DNA of 64,000 nucleotides. Source: Fibrobacteria bacterium. GTDB taxonomy: Bacteria; Fibrobacterota; Fibrobacteria; UBA11236. Below, one piece after another: positions 29,992-39,810 of the stretch. The notes beneath the pieces were generated by a model that did not search any database, had not been told where the DNA came from, and saw only the letters and a program-made list of their open reading frames with translations. The stretch is taken from assembly GCA_041746255.1 (NCBI GenBank), contig JBGTHM010000126.1, positions 22,953-86,952 of the forward strand. The letters run 5' to 3'. The translations under genes and the position numbers were made by a program. Each line of letters opens with the position of its first letter. Positions within the stretch are counted from its first letter, which is position 1.

Positions 29992-30600
29992 CTAGCGAGA
30001 GGTTAAAAATGTCATTCCGAAGGCTAGGCCAAGGACATCCCGCGCCCGTAAGCGGTCTTCCCGGAAATAGGCGGTTAAATAGGGGTCCAGAACCCCGATT
30101 TCCGCGTAAAAACCCGTACTTCCAGGCAGGACTGCCTTAAGGGGAAGCCGTCCTTCAATTCCCGTGAACAGCGAAAATCTTAATGCGGAGGGCCAATAAT
30201 AATCCCGGAAGCGATCCTTTAGGAATAGCATGTACTGATCGCCTAACCCGATATTGGCGGTGAACCCAAGGTAAATGGGAGACGATAGCGAAGGAAAATC
30301 TTTTTGCAACCGCAGTGGATACAGCTGTTGCTTAAAGGCCAGTGTGTGAATGGAAATACCCCCCACAGATTCGGGAACGTAACCATACAGCAATTGTGTG
30401 ACCACGGAACCCTTGTAATAGGTATAGCCCGCACCCAGCGCGACAAAGCCGATATTACCTGCGGTTTGCGCTGCAAATGTATTCGGTAACCAGCGAAGTT
30501 TTTCCACCTCCTGCCCTTTTGATTCCAAAGGAAAAAAAATTCCGAGTAGGGCCGAGAGTAGCCAGCCAAACCGGAAAATGAGGTGAAAAAACGGCTTCAG
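29992..30600 (-). CDS. Putative outer-membrane protein, probably starting at CTG 30600
   Basis: Frame is open upstream of TTG 30528 and gives MKPFFHLIFRFGWLLSALLGIFFPLESKG; AGNIGF..LGAGY, LLYGYVP; beta-strand C-terminus. Confidence 0.65.
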   Translation of the reverse strand: MKPFFHLIFRFGWLLSALLGIFFPLESKGQEVEKLRWLPNTFAAQTAGNIGFVALGAGYTYYKGSVVTQLLYGYVPESVGGISIHTLAFKQQLYPLRLQKDFPSLSSPIYLGFTANIGLGDQYMLFLKDRFRDYYWPSALRFSLFTGIEGRLPLKAVLPGSTGFYAEIGVLDPYLTAYFREDRLRARDVLGLAFGMTFLTSR

Positions 30601-31418
30601 AAGAACCGCCTTTCCACGCGCACCGAATCACCTCGAACATGTATCAGCGCGTAATTCCGGTCTCCGGCATCATCGACCACCAAATATCGAACGCCATCGG
30701 AATAAGGTTCTACCAGATAATAGGAATGGGCATGACCATGGATAGACAGGGAAACCGAATGCGACGCAAGCATGGTACGGAAGCGTAACTCATCCGCATC
30801 GGTGAATTGCTCTCCGAACGGAGCAATATGGGAAAAAATTATCCTTGAAGAAAATTCGTCCGCATCGGCTAATTCCGAATCCAGGAAGGAAAAATCAGGT
30901 ACGCCGTTACCGAACTCCCAACGATTGGTGTTCATGACAATAATTTTTGTGCCTCCATAAACAAAACTGTAATCGTACGGGCCAAAAATTGCCCGATAAA
31001 GCTGCTTCCCATTGGCTATACCGTCATGATTTCCGACTACGGTGAGAAAAGGAATAGTTAATTTTTCCAGGCCATCCAGTAACCAGTCAAACTCTCTCCT
31101 CAATCCATATTGAGATAAATCCCCGGCCACCAGTACGAAGTGGATTCCGTCCCGGCTATTGATGTCGCGGACAATATCATGGACACCATTCAATTGCCTT
31201 CCCGGATCACCCATAACCGCAAAGGTGAAGCTATCCGAAATTGCGGGAGCCTGGGTATGTAACCGTTCGAGGTGTTTTTGCGTCAAATCGCGGCGCGATT
31301 CGGGACCATCGATTACATAGGGACTGAATTGCAGCCAATCGCAGGATAAAAACGCGAGAATTCCCAAAATGGAAAAGATACCGGTTACGACGGACGAAAC
31401 GCAAGGTAAGGACTTCAC
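30597..31418 (-). CDS. Calcineurin-like metallophosphoesterase lipoprotein
   Basis: Lipobox AFLSC; GD, AGDL, GNHD, HIAP, HGHAH; GTGA overlap with the upstream gene. Confidence 0.88.
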   Translation of the reverse strand: MKSLPCVSSVVTGIFSILGILAFLSCDWLQFSPYVIDGPESRRDLTQKHLERLHTQAPAISDSFTFAVMGDPGRQLNGVHDIVRDINSRDGIHFVLVAGDLSQYGLRREFDWLLDGLEKLTIPFLTVVGNHDGIANGKQLYRAIFGPYDYSFVYGGTKIIVMNTNRWEFGNGVPDFSFLDSELADADEFSSRIIFSHIAPFGEQFTDADELRFRTMLASHSVSLSIHGHAHSYYLVEPYSDGVRYLVVDDAGDRNYALIHVRGDSVRVERRFF

Positions 31419-31927
31419 GAAAAAATTTTCCAACCCAATGCGAAAAAGGTCCAAGAGCTTAGCGGCGCGTCTCCCGTATAAAAGGAGGGAATTATTTTCC
31501 GACGGATCTCCAGGAAAAATCCGCTTCTCTCCACGCCCAATCCATATCCCACGACTAGGCCGCGCCAGGACATGTTTAAAGCCTCGTCGTTTCGATCCAG
31601 CTGTCGCGAATCAATCCAGGTTAGACCAGGTTCCAAAAAATTAAAAAGGGAGTAACCCATCGGTAATCCCAGATTGAAGCTGAATTGTGGCGACAGTTCA
31701 AAGACATTTTTTATCTTTGTGCTGCCGGCATCGGATTCGGATAAGGTCGAATAGCCGAAAATACCCGTATAGCTAAGTCCATGGTTATTTTTGGAACCGA
31801 AATGACAATACATATGATATCCAGACTCACTTGGGATGGATAGACCAAGCATAATTTTAACCGTTCCTGGAATCGAAGTAGGAAAGACCACAAGAATAAA
31901 AGCGAGTACCATCCTTCCATTTTTCAC
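31415..31927 (-). CDS. Hypothetical exported, small beta-barrel-like protein
   Basis: Signal-like N-terminus, Gly/aromatic strands; first of three coupled genes. Confidence 0.55.
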   Translation of the reverse strand: MKNGRMVLAFILVVFPTSIPGTVKIMLGLSIPSESGYHMYCHFGSKNNHGLSYTGIFGYSTLSESDAGSTKIKNVFELSPQFSFNLGLPMGYSLFNFLEPGLTWIDSRQLDRNDEALNMSWRGLVVGYGLGVERSGFFLEIRRKIIPSFYTGDAPLSSWTFFALGWKIFS

Positions 31928-32000
31928 AATTCAGTATAAATTTTACGCATCTTGAATCCAACTTCGAAAATTTTCCCAAATTGAACAGCGGATTTTCACT

Positions 32001-34172
32001 TTGCAAGTAAAAACTAAAATGCCGGGCGGAACGGAGGTCCTCAGGAAAACTCCCATACGGGAAAAAATGCGGATGGTTGCGACCTACCTATTCGCGGTAT
32101 TCCTTACCCATATCCTTCTCCGCTGCGCATTGTTATTCCGGAATGACGCCTTCGGACATCCATTCGTTTCCAAACCAGACTGGTATATTTTTCATGCAGT
32201 CGCCATAGATTTTCTTTGGATAGTGAATTACAGCCTTCCCTTCGTTGCCGTAATGCTGTTCCTTTCCCGATTTGAATTTCGGAAAACCTTAGCGATAGTT
32301 TTTGGAATCTTAATGTGTGGCCATTCCCTCCTTCTGCTATTGACCGTGGTGGACCATGAAGTAGCCCGTTATTGGGGTGTACACTTGGATGCCTCGCTTA
32401 TAAAAACCTATGGCAATATGGCCGCCTTTCGTGAGTTGCAAACCATGACCGGTTACGACGAGTCCGTCTCCGCCATTCCCTACCTGCTATTTTTCCTATG
32501 CGTTCCCTTTTCAATAATTCTTTTCCTCACCCTTCGGAACCGTTTTAGCTGGCCTGCCAAGCGGACGCAATTTAAAGTCGTCGCTGTAATTTTGATGGCA
32601 TGGATTTCCTCATACGTTTTCCTTTACCATATTTGGGGAGGAGGTTTTCGACTACGAAAATTAAAACCTGTTATCGAAGTCCTCCGCGAATCTGCAAACC
32701 ATAAATCCGTATTTAACCTCAATGATTCCGATTTGAATAAATTGAGCCTCGTTCACCAATCCCAATGGTTGCTGGAACAAGGGGATAGCTCCTTTGTTTT
32801 TCCATTTAAGGAATTCCCTTACTACCGCGAACCCTTGGCGCAAGCTTGTGACCGGTTGCGAAATTCGCCCGAATTGAATCCTCATCCCCCGCGGGAGTCG
32901 CTGGAACGACTTTGCGCTGATGGGCTATTACCCTCCCCCGAAGCGATTTCCACCGAGCGTCCAAATTTCGTCCTTATTGTCTTGGAATCTCATCGAGGCC
33001 TGTCATCCGGCTTTTTGCAGGCGGAAGGAGCATCGGCGGATGGAACTCCATTCCTGAATTCAATAGCCGGATCCGCAAAAGTATGGACACGGTATTCCAC
33101 TTCCAGTTTACCAACCGTTTCCGCCTTGGTATCTATCCATAATTCCGTTCTGAGCCATCCGACCCGCTACATTTCGCATAATTTTAGAGGATTGCAATAT
33201 AAGGCTTTCACCACCATACTCGCGGAATACGGGTACCGCACCCACTATTTTTCCTCCTCCGACCCCTCCTGGGACAATCAGGTACCCCTACTGCGGAATT
33301 GGTATCAAGGCTTTACCTATGATAGACGCCGGGAGAACGACGCCGATATGTTCGCTCATCTTGGTAGCTGGATGAAGGATAGTCTAAACACAAAGACACC
33401 CTTTATGCTCACGGCCGTAACCAAAACCAACCATTTCCCGTTCAATGAAGTGGCAGGAATGCCTCCCGGTAAGAATGAATCTTTGCAAACTAAGATGCTG
33501 GCGACCATGACGTATACGGAAAGCGCGGTCCGTGAATTTATGCTTTCCATTAAAGATGAACCTTGGTATGCCAACACGGTTTTCGTTTTTGTCGGAGATC
33601 ATGGATTCCCATTGGGTGAGCACGGTTCATCCAATTTGGGCCATGGCCTATACACCGAATCTACTTGGGTGCCCTTGGTTATTTACGGAAAACACCCAGC
33701 GGTTCGGGGCAGCGGAAAATATTCCACCCCCGCAAGCCACTTGGACTTGGGCCCTACCTTGCTGGATATAGCCGGCATCAAGGCCCCGAACCATTTTCTT
33801 GGGCATAGCTTATTGCGCATGCAGGGACTTGAACACAGCCTTAGCTATACCGCTCATGGATTTGAGGGAACTATGGAACTAGGTCGTTACCGTGTGCATG
33901 GTTCGGTTGGGCGTGAGCCCCGGGAGCTGGGACGGGAGGTTTTCGATATGGTTGCGGATCGCGGCCAATTTAAAAACCTTTACCCCGAACACCCTCGCTT
34001 GTATGATTCATTAATGATTATCATGGACTCTAAAATTCGGTTGAACACTTATTTGGTTGAAAATAACCGCCTATGGTCCGATACCATTTCACCAGCCCCC
34101 CCCAGCCCCGACCCGGCCTTAAGCCCTATAATTTCGATTATGAATCGATTGTCGGCACTGTTGCCCAATTAG
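32001..34172 (+). CDS. LTA synthase/sulfatase-family membrane phosphotransferase
   Basis: N-terminal TMs, PNFVLIVLES, LPT, TNHFPF, GDHG, SHLDLGPT. Confidence 0.85.
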   Translation: MQVKTKMPGGTEVLRKTPIREKMRMVATYLFAVFLTHILLRCALLFRNDAFGHPFVSKPDWYIFHAVAIDFLWIVNYSLPFVAVMLFLSRFEFRKTLAIVFGILMCGHSLLLLLTVVDHEVARYWGVHLDASLIKTYGNMAAFRELQTMTGYDESVSAIPYLLFFLCVPFSIILFLTLRNRFSWPAKRTQFKVVAVILMAWISSYVFLYHIWGGGFRLRKLKPVIEVLRESANHKSVFNLNDSDLNKLSLVHQSQWLLEQGDSSFVFPFKEFPYYREPLAQACDRLRNSPELNPHPPRESLERLCADGLLPSPEAISTERPNFVLIVLESHRGLSSGFLQAEGASADGTPFLNSIAGSAKVWTRYSTSSLPTVSALVSIHNSVLSHPTRYISHNFRGLQYKAFTTILAEYGYRTHYFSSSDPSWDNQVPLLRNWYQGFTYDRRRENDADMFAHLGSWMKDSLNTKTPFMLTAVTKTNHFPFNEVAGMPPGKNESLQTKMLATMTYTESAVREFMLSIKDEPWYANTVFVFVGDHGFPLGEHGSSNLGHGLYTESTWVPLVIYGKHPAVRGSGKYSTPASHLDLGPTLLDIAGIKAPNHFLGHSLLRMQGLEHSLSYTAHGFEGTMELGRYRVHGSVGREPRELGREVFDMVADRGQFKNLYPEHPRLYDSLMIIMDSKIRLNTYLVENNRLWSDTISPAPPSPDPALSPIISIMNRLSALLPN

Positions 34173-34409
34173 TCCCGTCACCGCCATCAGGATGAAATTG
34201 CCCAAATTGAGCAATTTAGTTGCCTGGAACAAACTGCGTTTTTGGATTAAGGGAGCGGGTGTGTTCCCCAAAGTATACAGCTAGTCGCGATTTTTGCGGG
34301 CAATACTTCCACTTTGGAGGTAGTTTTCGTGATGGTTCCATGGTTGAAAACGTTGTGCGAGGGAGTTTTTCCAATCCGTCCACCTTCAGGAGTTACTTAG
34401 GAGACGTTT

Positions 34410-36134
34410 ATGCAAATTTTTAAGGTTGGAATTTTGGCTACCCTACTTCTTTCGGGAGTTGGTTTCGGCCAGGGATTGCAGTTCAAGCAATTTTACAATT
34501 TCAATAAAGCCAGCTTCGTGAAGATGAAGGCCAAAACCATTTGGATGGACGAAGTGCCGGGAATGCCGCAACATTTCTGGGTATTGGATCAATCAGGTTT
34601 CATTTATTCGTTATACCCGGAAAAACCGGTTACCGATCCTACCGTCATCAACGACTACACTTCGGTAAAAATAGCAGATTTCAGCGAAAGGTGCTCGCAG
34701 GCCATCAGCGCGGAATGGGGCGCTTGGGGAATATCCTTCCATCCTGATTTTCTGGTTAATAAAAAGTTTTACATCATATTCATCGATCCGAACGGAGGCC
34801 CCTGGAGCAATCGCACCGACAAGGCCTTGACCACCGTAGAGGAATGGGTCGCCAGCGGCGCGAAAAACGAAATCCTGAAAAAGAGCCGTACCATCTGGAC
34901 CTACAACCATAAACATGCCTACGGCGTCGCCTCCATGGACTTCGGCTTGGACGGGTATCTCTATATCGCCAACTCCGACTATGGCGTCGACGGTCACGAT
35001 ATGAAAACCATGGGACGGAAAGTGCTCCGGATAGACGTCGATCGCAAGGATCCAGGCAAGGAATACGCCGTTCCGTCAGACAATCCCTTCGTGGGCCGAA
35101 CCGACGGCACCCCCCCCGAAATCTGGTCCTCCGGTTTACGCAACGTCTGGGGCATCCACGCCCACAAATTAACCGGCGATATCCTGACGGCCGATATCGG
35201 CCAGGAGCAATGGGAAGAGCTCAATCTGATCAAAAAGGGCTCAAATGGTGGTTGGGCCGACGGCGGTAACGGAGAAACCTACCCGGCAGGCGGCCGTAAT
35301 CACTACGGCGAAGGCTTCAGCGGACCCTGCCATCCCGGCAACACCAAGAATTGCAACCAGTTCGAGGAGCCGTTCTGGGCTTTTCCCAGATCCGCTCGCA
35401 TTACGGATCCAAAAGGCGGAGCCCCTGTGGTCCTGAGCGCTCTCAACGACAATTCAAATAATATCCGCCTCACTTGCATCATGGGCGGACGGACATTCGT
35501 GGGAAGCAAGGATTCGCCACTGTACGGCCAATATATTTTTGGCGACACGCGCGAGAACAAACTTTTCGCAATCGCCTCCACGAAAAACCGCGCAACCTAT
35601 AAATGGAATGGCAACAACCTCACCATCGAAGGAACCGGCCCCAAATATCTGGGACAGTCCCAAGCCAAAATCGGCAACGAAGACATGGCGAATAACGATG
35701 GTCACGACGGAATCGTAAACCTGGGGATGGATTCCTACGGGTACCTCTACGGCGTTTTCGTTTCATGGTACAAAGACACCAAATTCCACGAAATCTACCG
35801 CGTCGAGCATCCCGGTATGTTGCCGCGTCGCCCGGGATGCATGGATCCCGGCTACTCCGACTTCGACGCTAAAGCCGAAAGGCCCGTACCCTGCGTTGGC
35901 ACCGTCGCGGCCCTTTCCGATGCAAATCGCCTATTGCGGCAAATGCCTTCGCAAATGCTCTACCCGGGCGCGAAGACCTTTAACGTCCCCGCAGGCGCTC
36001 GTTCAGTGGAGCTTTGGAATTTGAACGGCCGCATGGTGTGGAGCACGATGGTTGCCAAATTGGACGTACCCCAGGTCATTTCCTTGCCATCCATGAGTGA
36101 CAGCGAAGCTTTGCGGGCTATTATCCACAAATAG
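34410..36134 (+). CDS. Secreted PQQ-dependent sugar (glucose/sorbosone) dehydrogenase-family protein
   Basis: FHPDF, FGLDGYLY, RIDVD, PSDNPF, EIWSSGLRN, EELNLI..GSNGGW; tail WNLNGR. Confidence 0.85.
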   Translation: MQIFKVGILATLLLSGVGFGQGLQFKQFYNFNKASFVKMKAKTIWMDEVPGMPQHFWVLDQSGFIYSLYPEKPVTDPTVINDYTSVKIADFSERCSQAISAEWGAWGISFHPDFLVNKKFYIIFIDPNGGPWSNRTDKALTTVEEWVASGAKNEILKKSRTIWTYNHKHAYGVASMDFGLDGYLYIANSDYGVDGHDMKTMGRKVLRIDVDRKDPGKEYAVPSDNPFVGRTDGTPPEIWSSGLRNVWGIHAHKLTGDILTADIGQEQWEELNLIKKGSNGGWADGGNGETYPAGGRNHYGEGFSGPCHPGNTKNCNQFEEPFWAFPRSARITDPKGGAPVVLSALNDNSNNIRLTCIMGGRTFVGSKDSPLYGQYIFGDTRENKLFAIASTKNRATYKWNGNNLTIEGTGPKYLGQSQAKIGNEDMANNDGHDGIVNLGMDSYGYLYGVFVSWYKDTKFHEIYRVEHPGMLPRRPGCMDPGYSDFDAKAERPVPCVGTVAALSDANRLLRQMPSQMLYPGAKTFNVPAGARSVELWNLNGRMVWSTMVAKLDVPQVISLPSMSDSEALRAIIHK

Positions 36135-36203
36135 AGGCTTTGAATTGCCTTCGTAAATAAACCCCGGCCTACAGGAATCAACCAAATCGGATTCTTGCGG
36201 GCC

Positions 36204-38852
36204 TTACCACCCCATCAGCCGTAAAATCGGTATGCCGGCAACTCGGGAGGCGCCCAGGTTCACTTCGAATTCAAGGGCGAAATCTTCCTCGTTTTCCTGA
36301 TAATCTCGCAACAATTGCCGCACACTCCAAAAGCCGGGATGAGCCACGCCTTCCACGGACTCCTTTTCAATCAAAGTATGGCGAAGCGACCGTCCTTCAG
36401 GATCCAGTCGGAACATTCCGTGGGTTTCGCGATAACCCTCCAGGCAGTCACGTAAACGGTCCTCGTTCCAGGCAAGCCCATCGCGGTCCGGTAGGGCGGC
36501 TCCCGCCACAGGGGGGCGGGTATCTCCCAACTCCGCCCCCGCCTCCTCAAGCCCCTCAGTAAGGGCGTCCAGGGCTCCCGAGAATTCACGCCGGGAAAGG
36601 GAGGCCAGAAAACCGAAAATCCTCGCCCGCACCGCAGCGGTAAAAGCCACGGGATCTTGGGTGATATCCCGAGCGGCGGCACGTGCGGCTTCTTCCGCTC
36701 CCGGAGGCAAGAGCTCGAAATTTTCCGGGGGGCGATAATCGGGATCACGCAATCTTTCCCATTCGTCGAGCAAAGTCGAATCCACCCGCCGAACCAGGTC
36801 TCCAAAGAACCTCTCCGTTTCACGCACGGCATCGGTTTTGGCGTTATCGGGAACCGTGTTCAATAATATCTTATACACTCCGTTCAGGTGCCGCAGCAAA
36901 AGCCCTTCGGACCGCTCCAGTCCATAGGTTTTGACATAGCCGGAAAAGGTGAAAAATCCTTCCAACATTTCCCGTGCAATGGATTTGGGACGGATGTTTT
37001 CATTGCCGACCCAAGGATGTTTATCTGCGAAATCATTGAAAGTTCCATATATGAATTCCCGCAGAGGTTTGGGATATTCCATTTCTTCCAATTGCGCCAT
37101 ACGCTCGTCGTATTCAACGCCCTGGGCCTTCATCTCGGTGACTTTCTCGGTTTTTAGCTTGTCCAGCTGTTTTCTCAGCACCTGGACAGGATCCTCGAGA
37201 ATGGATTCCGCCAAAGTCAATACGTTCAAATGATAATCGTCGCTCTCTTTTTCTAATAACGGCAATGTTTCATGCAAATAGAGGGAGAGCGTTTGATCCA
37301 TGGAGAAATTAAGCTGCAAGTCGACGTTGACACGCAGCCTTTTTTCCGCCTCACCCCTATCTTTCAAGGGAACGATTTCCACTATTTTCCGTTCCACCAG
37401 CGCCCTGAAAAGCTGGAAACTCCGTTTTTTATGGGCGATTTTCTCCTTGGTCGTATCATGACAACGGGCTATGAAATTCCGCATGGCGCGGCATCCGTCT
37501 CGATCGCGGGCCAGCACGTTCAAGAGCATGCCATGGGTAACCTGAAAGCGGGATTGCAAACGTTCCGGTTCGGCTTCGATTAGCCTTCGAAAGATCGATT
37601 CATCCCAAGGCACATAACCTCTATCGGGAGGCTTGCGTTTGACGAATTTTTTTCCGCTTTGCCCGCTCTTGGCGGCCAGTTTCAAGTTGTCCACCACATG
37701 CGCAGGCGCTTGGGCCAACACATAACCCTGATCGTCGAAGCCTTTTCTACCGGCCCTTCCGGCAATCTGGTGAAAATCACGAACCGTGAGAATAGCGGTT
37801 TTGTCCCCGCTGTATTTGCATAACTGCGTGAAGAGCACCGTCCGTATCGGCACGTTCACCCCTACCCCCAGAGTATCGGTGCCGCATATTACTTTCAGCA
37901 ACCCTTGCTGCGAAAGCTTCTCCACCAGAAACCGGTATTTGGGAAGCAATCCGGCATGGTGCAAGCCAATCCCCTGACGCAACCAACGCTTGATATCGGG
38001 GCCGAAAGGACTGGAGAAGCGGAACCCATCTAAAGCCTGTCCGATGGCGATTTTTTCTTCCTTGCTGCAAAGGTCCAGGCTGGTGAAATTCTGCGCGTTC
38101 TTGGCGGCTTCAGCCTGCGTAAAATGCACCACGTAAACCGGTGCTTTTCCGTGGGTCACCAAGTTATGCACGGTTTCGGGTAAAGAAGTAGTCGCATAGG
38201 TGAAATCCAGGGGAACCGGTCTATCTTGCGATTTGACGGTGACGGATTCACGCCCGGTAAGCTCTTCCAATACGGTTTCGAAAAACCGGGTTTCCCCCAG
38301 CGTCGCCGACATCAGTAAAAATCGGGTTTGGGAAAGTGCGAGCAGGGGAATTTGCCAAGCCACGCCTCGATCGCGATCGGAATAATAATGGAATTCGTCC
38401 ATCACCACGTCGCCGATACCGCAATCGGCGCCTTCGGACAAGGTGATATTCATGAGGATTTCGGCCGTACAACAGAGTATGGGGGCGTCGCGATTGACAG
38501 TGGCATCGCCGGTGGAAAGACCGACATTCTCAGCGCCGAACTCCTTGCACAATGCCATCCATTTTTCATTGACCAGCGCCTTGATGGGACAGGTATATAC
38601 CGAGCGTCTGCCCTGCGCCAGGGCCTGGAAATGCAGCACCGAGGCCACCAGCGACTTGCCCGATCCGGTAGGCGTGTTGAGGATGACGTTCTTCCCCTCG
38701 AACAGCTCCAAAATGGCGGCTTCTTGGGCGGGATAGATGGAAAATCCCCGCTCCAGACTCCATTCCACGAAGGCATCCAGCAAGGCCGCATTATCGAGGG
38801 GCATATTTTTGGGGAGTTGGGAAAGGATATCCTGGAAGGTGGTTCCGCTCAT
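36204..38852 (-). CDS. Ski2/HelY-like DExH helicase (DUF3516 type)
   Basis: [40 protein letters not shown]. Confidence 0.92.
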   Translation of the reverse strand: MSGTTFQDILSQLPKNMPLDNAALLDAFVEWSLERGFSIYPAQEAAILELFEGKNVILNTPTGSGKSLVASVLHFQALAQGRRSVYTCPIKALVNEKWMALCKEFGAENVGLSTGDATVNRDAPILCCTAEILMNITLSEGADCGIGDVVMDEFHYYSDRDRGVAWQIPLLALSQTRFLLMSATLGETRFFETVLEELTGRESVTVKSQDRPVPLDFTYATTSLPETVHNLVTHGKAPVYVVHFTQAEAAKNAQNFTSLDLCSKEEKIAIGQALDGFRFSSPFGPDIKRWLRQGIGLHHAGLLPKYRFLVEKLSQQGLLKVICGTDTLGVGVNVPIRTVLFTQLCKYSGDKTAILTVRDFHQIAGRAGRKGFDDQGYVLAQAPAHVVDNLKLAAKSGQSGKKFVKRKPPDRGYVPWDESIFRRLIEAEPERLQSRFQVTHGMLLNVLARDRDGCRAMRNFIARCHDTTKEKIAHKKRSFQLFRALVERKIVEIVPLKDRGEAEKRLRVNVDLQLNFSMDQTLSLYLHETLPLLEKESDDYHLNVLTLAESILEDPVQVLRKQLDKLKTEKVTEMKAQGVEYDERMAQLEEMEYPKPLREFIYGTFNDFADKHPWVGNENIRPKSIAREMLEGFFTFSGYVKTYGLERSEGLLLRHLNGVYKILLNTVPDNAKTDAVRETERFFGDLVRRVDSTLLDEWERLRDPDYRPPENFELLPPGAEEAARAAARDITQDPVAFTAAVRARIFGFLASLSRREFSGALDALTEGLEEAGAELGDTRPPVAGAALPDRDGLAWNEDRLRDCLEGYRETHGMFRLDPEGRSLRHTLIEKESVEGVAHPGFWSVRQLLRDYQENEEDFALEFEVNLGASRVAGIPILRLMGW

Positions 38853-38975
38853 TCCCGGAAAGATACCACTTTCCGCTCCTTGTAAACCTTGCCAGTCAGA
38901 CTTCTGAACCCCAGCCCAAATAGGGATTTTCTACCTTAGTGCCGTCATTTTAAGTGAGAGAAAGGCCTGGGAAAC

Positions 38976-39722
38976 ATGACCATACAAAACGAAATCGATT
39001 TTCTGGCGTTGCGCAAGGTGGGAAAGGCTGTCGCGGTTACATTGGAAACCATGAAAGCCTGCGTGAAACCCGGAATGACTACGGCCGAACTCGACGCAAT
39101 TGGAAAATCCGTGCTCACAAGCCACGGAGCCCAATCCGCTCCCGTCAAGGATTACAATTTTCCCGGAACCACTTGCATCAGCATCAATCATGAAGCTGCG
39201 CATGGAATTCCCTCTCAACGCGTTATAAAAGCAGGCGATTTGATTAACATAGACGTTTCGGCGGAATTGGACGGCTATTACGCGGATACCGGCTTCACAC
39301 TATTGGTGCAGGCTTCCAACCCAAAACTCCAACGCCTGCTCGATTGTTCCCAACGGGCCTTGCATAAGGGAATCTCTCAGGCCATCGACAACGCTAAACT
39401 CAATCAAATCGGCAAAGCCATCGAAAATGAAGCGCATCGACAAGGATTCACCACCATCCGGAATCTTGCCGGGCATGGCACGGGGCGTAAATTGCACGAA
39501 GCCCCTTCGGAGATTCTGAATTACTACGATGCCAAGCAAAAGGGTCGGTTGCGTAAGGGTATGGTAATTGCCATCGAAACCTTTGTCTCCAATGGGGCTA
39601 CTTTCGTTGAAGCCGGCTATGATGATTGGACCTTATTGGCTCCCGACGGATGCTATGTCGCGCAATACGAGCATACCCTGGTGGTTACGGATGGAGAGCC
39701 GATAATCCTGACCCGTCCTTGA
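38976..39722 (+). CDS. map: Type I methionine aminopeptidase
   Basis: HGIP, IDVSA..DT, GHGTG..HE, IETF, AQYEHT. Confidence 0.95.
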   Translation: MTIQNEIDFLALRKVGKAVAVTLETMKACVKPGMTTAELDAIGKSVLTSHGAQSAPVKDYNFPGTTCISINHEAAHGIPSQRVIKAGDLINIDVSAELDGYYADTGFTLLVQASNPKLQRLLDCSQRALHKGISQAIDNAKLNQIGKAIENEAHRQGFTTIRNLAGHGTGRKLHEAPSEILNYYDAKQKGRLRKGMVIAIETFVSNGATFVEAGYDDWTLLAPDGCYVAQYEHTLVVTDGEPIILTRP

Positions 39723-39810
39723 TATTTGGAAAGGATATCCTAGTCTGAATTTCAACTCATTCCCGGAAGGATTCCATTTTCCGCTTATCTGACACCCTTC
39801 TATGGGCGAA

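Noticed and set aside
36204..38852. Helicase as part of an anti-phage system
   Set aside because: Stand-alone housekeeping-type helicase with no nuclease or defence neighbours
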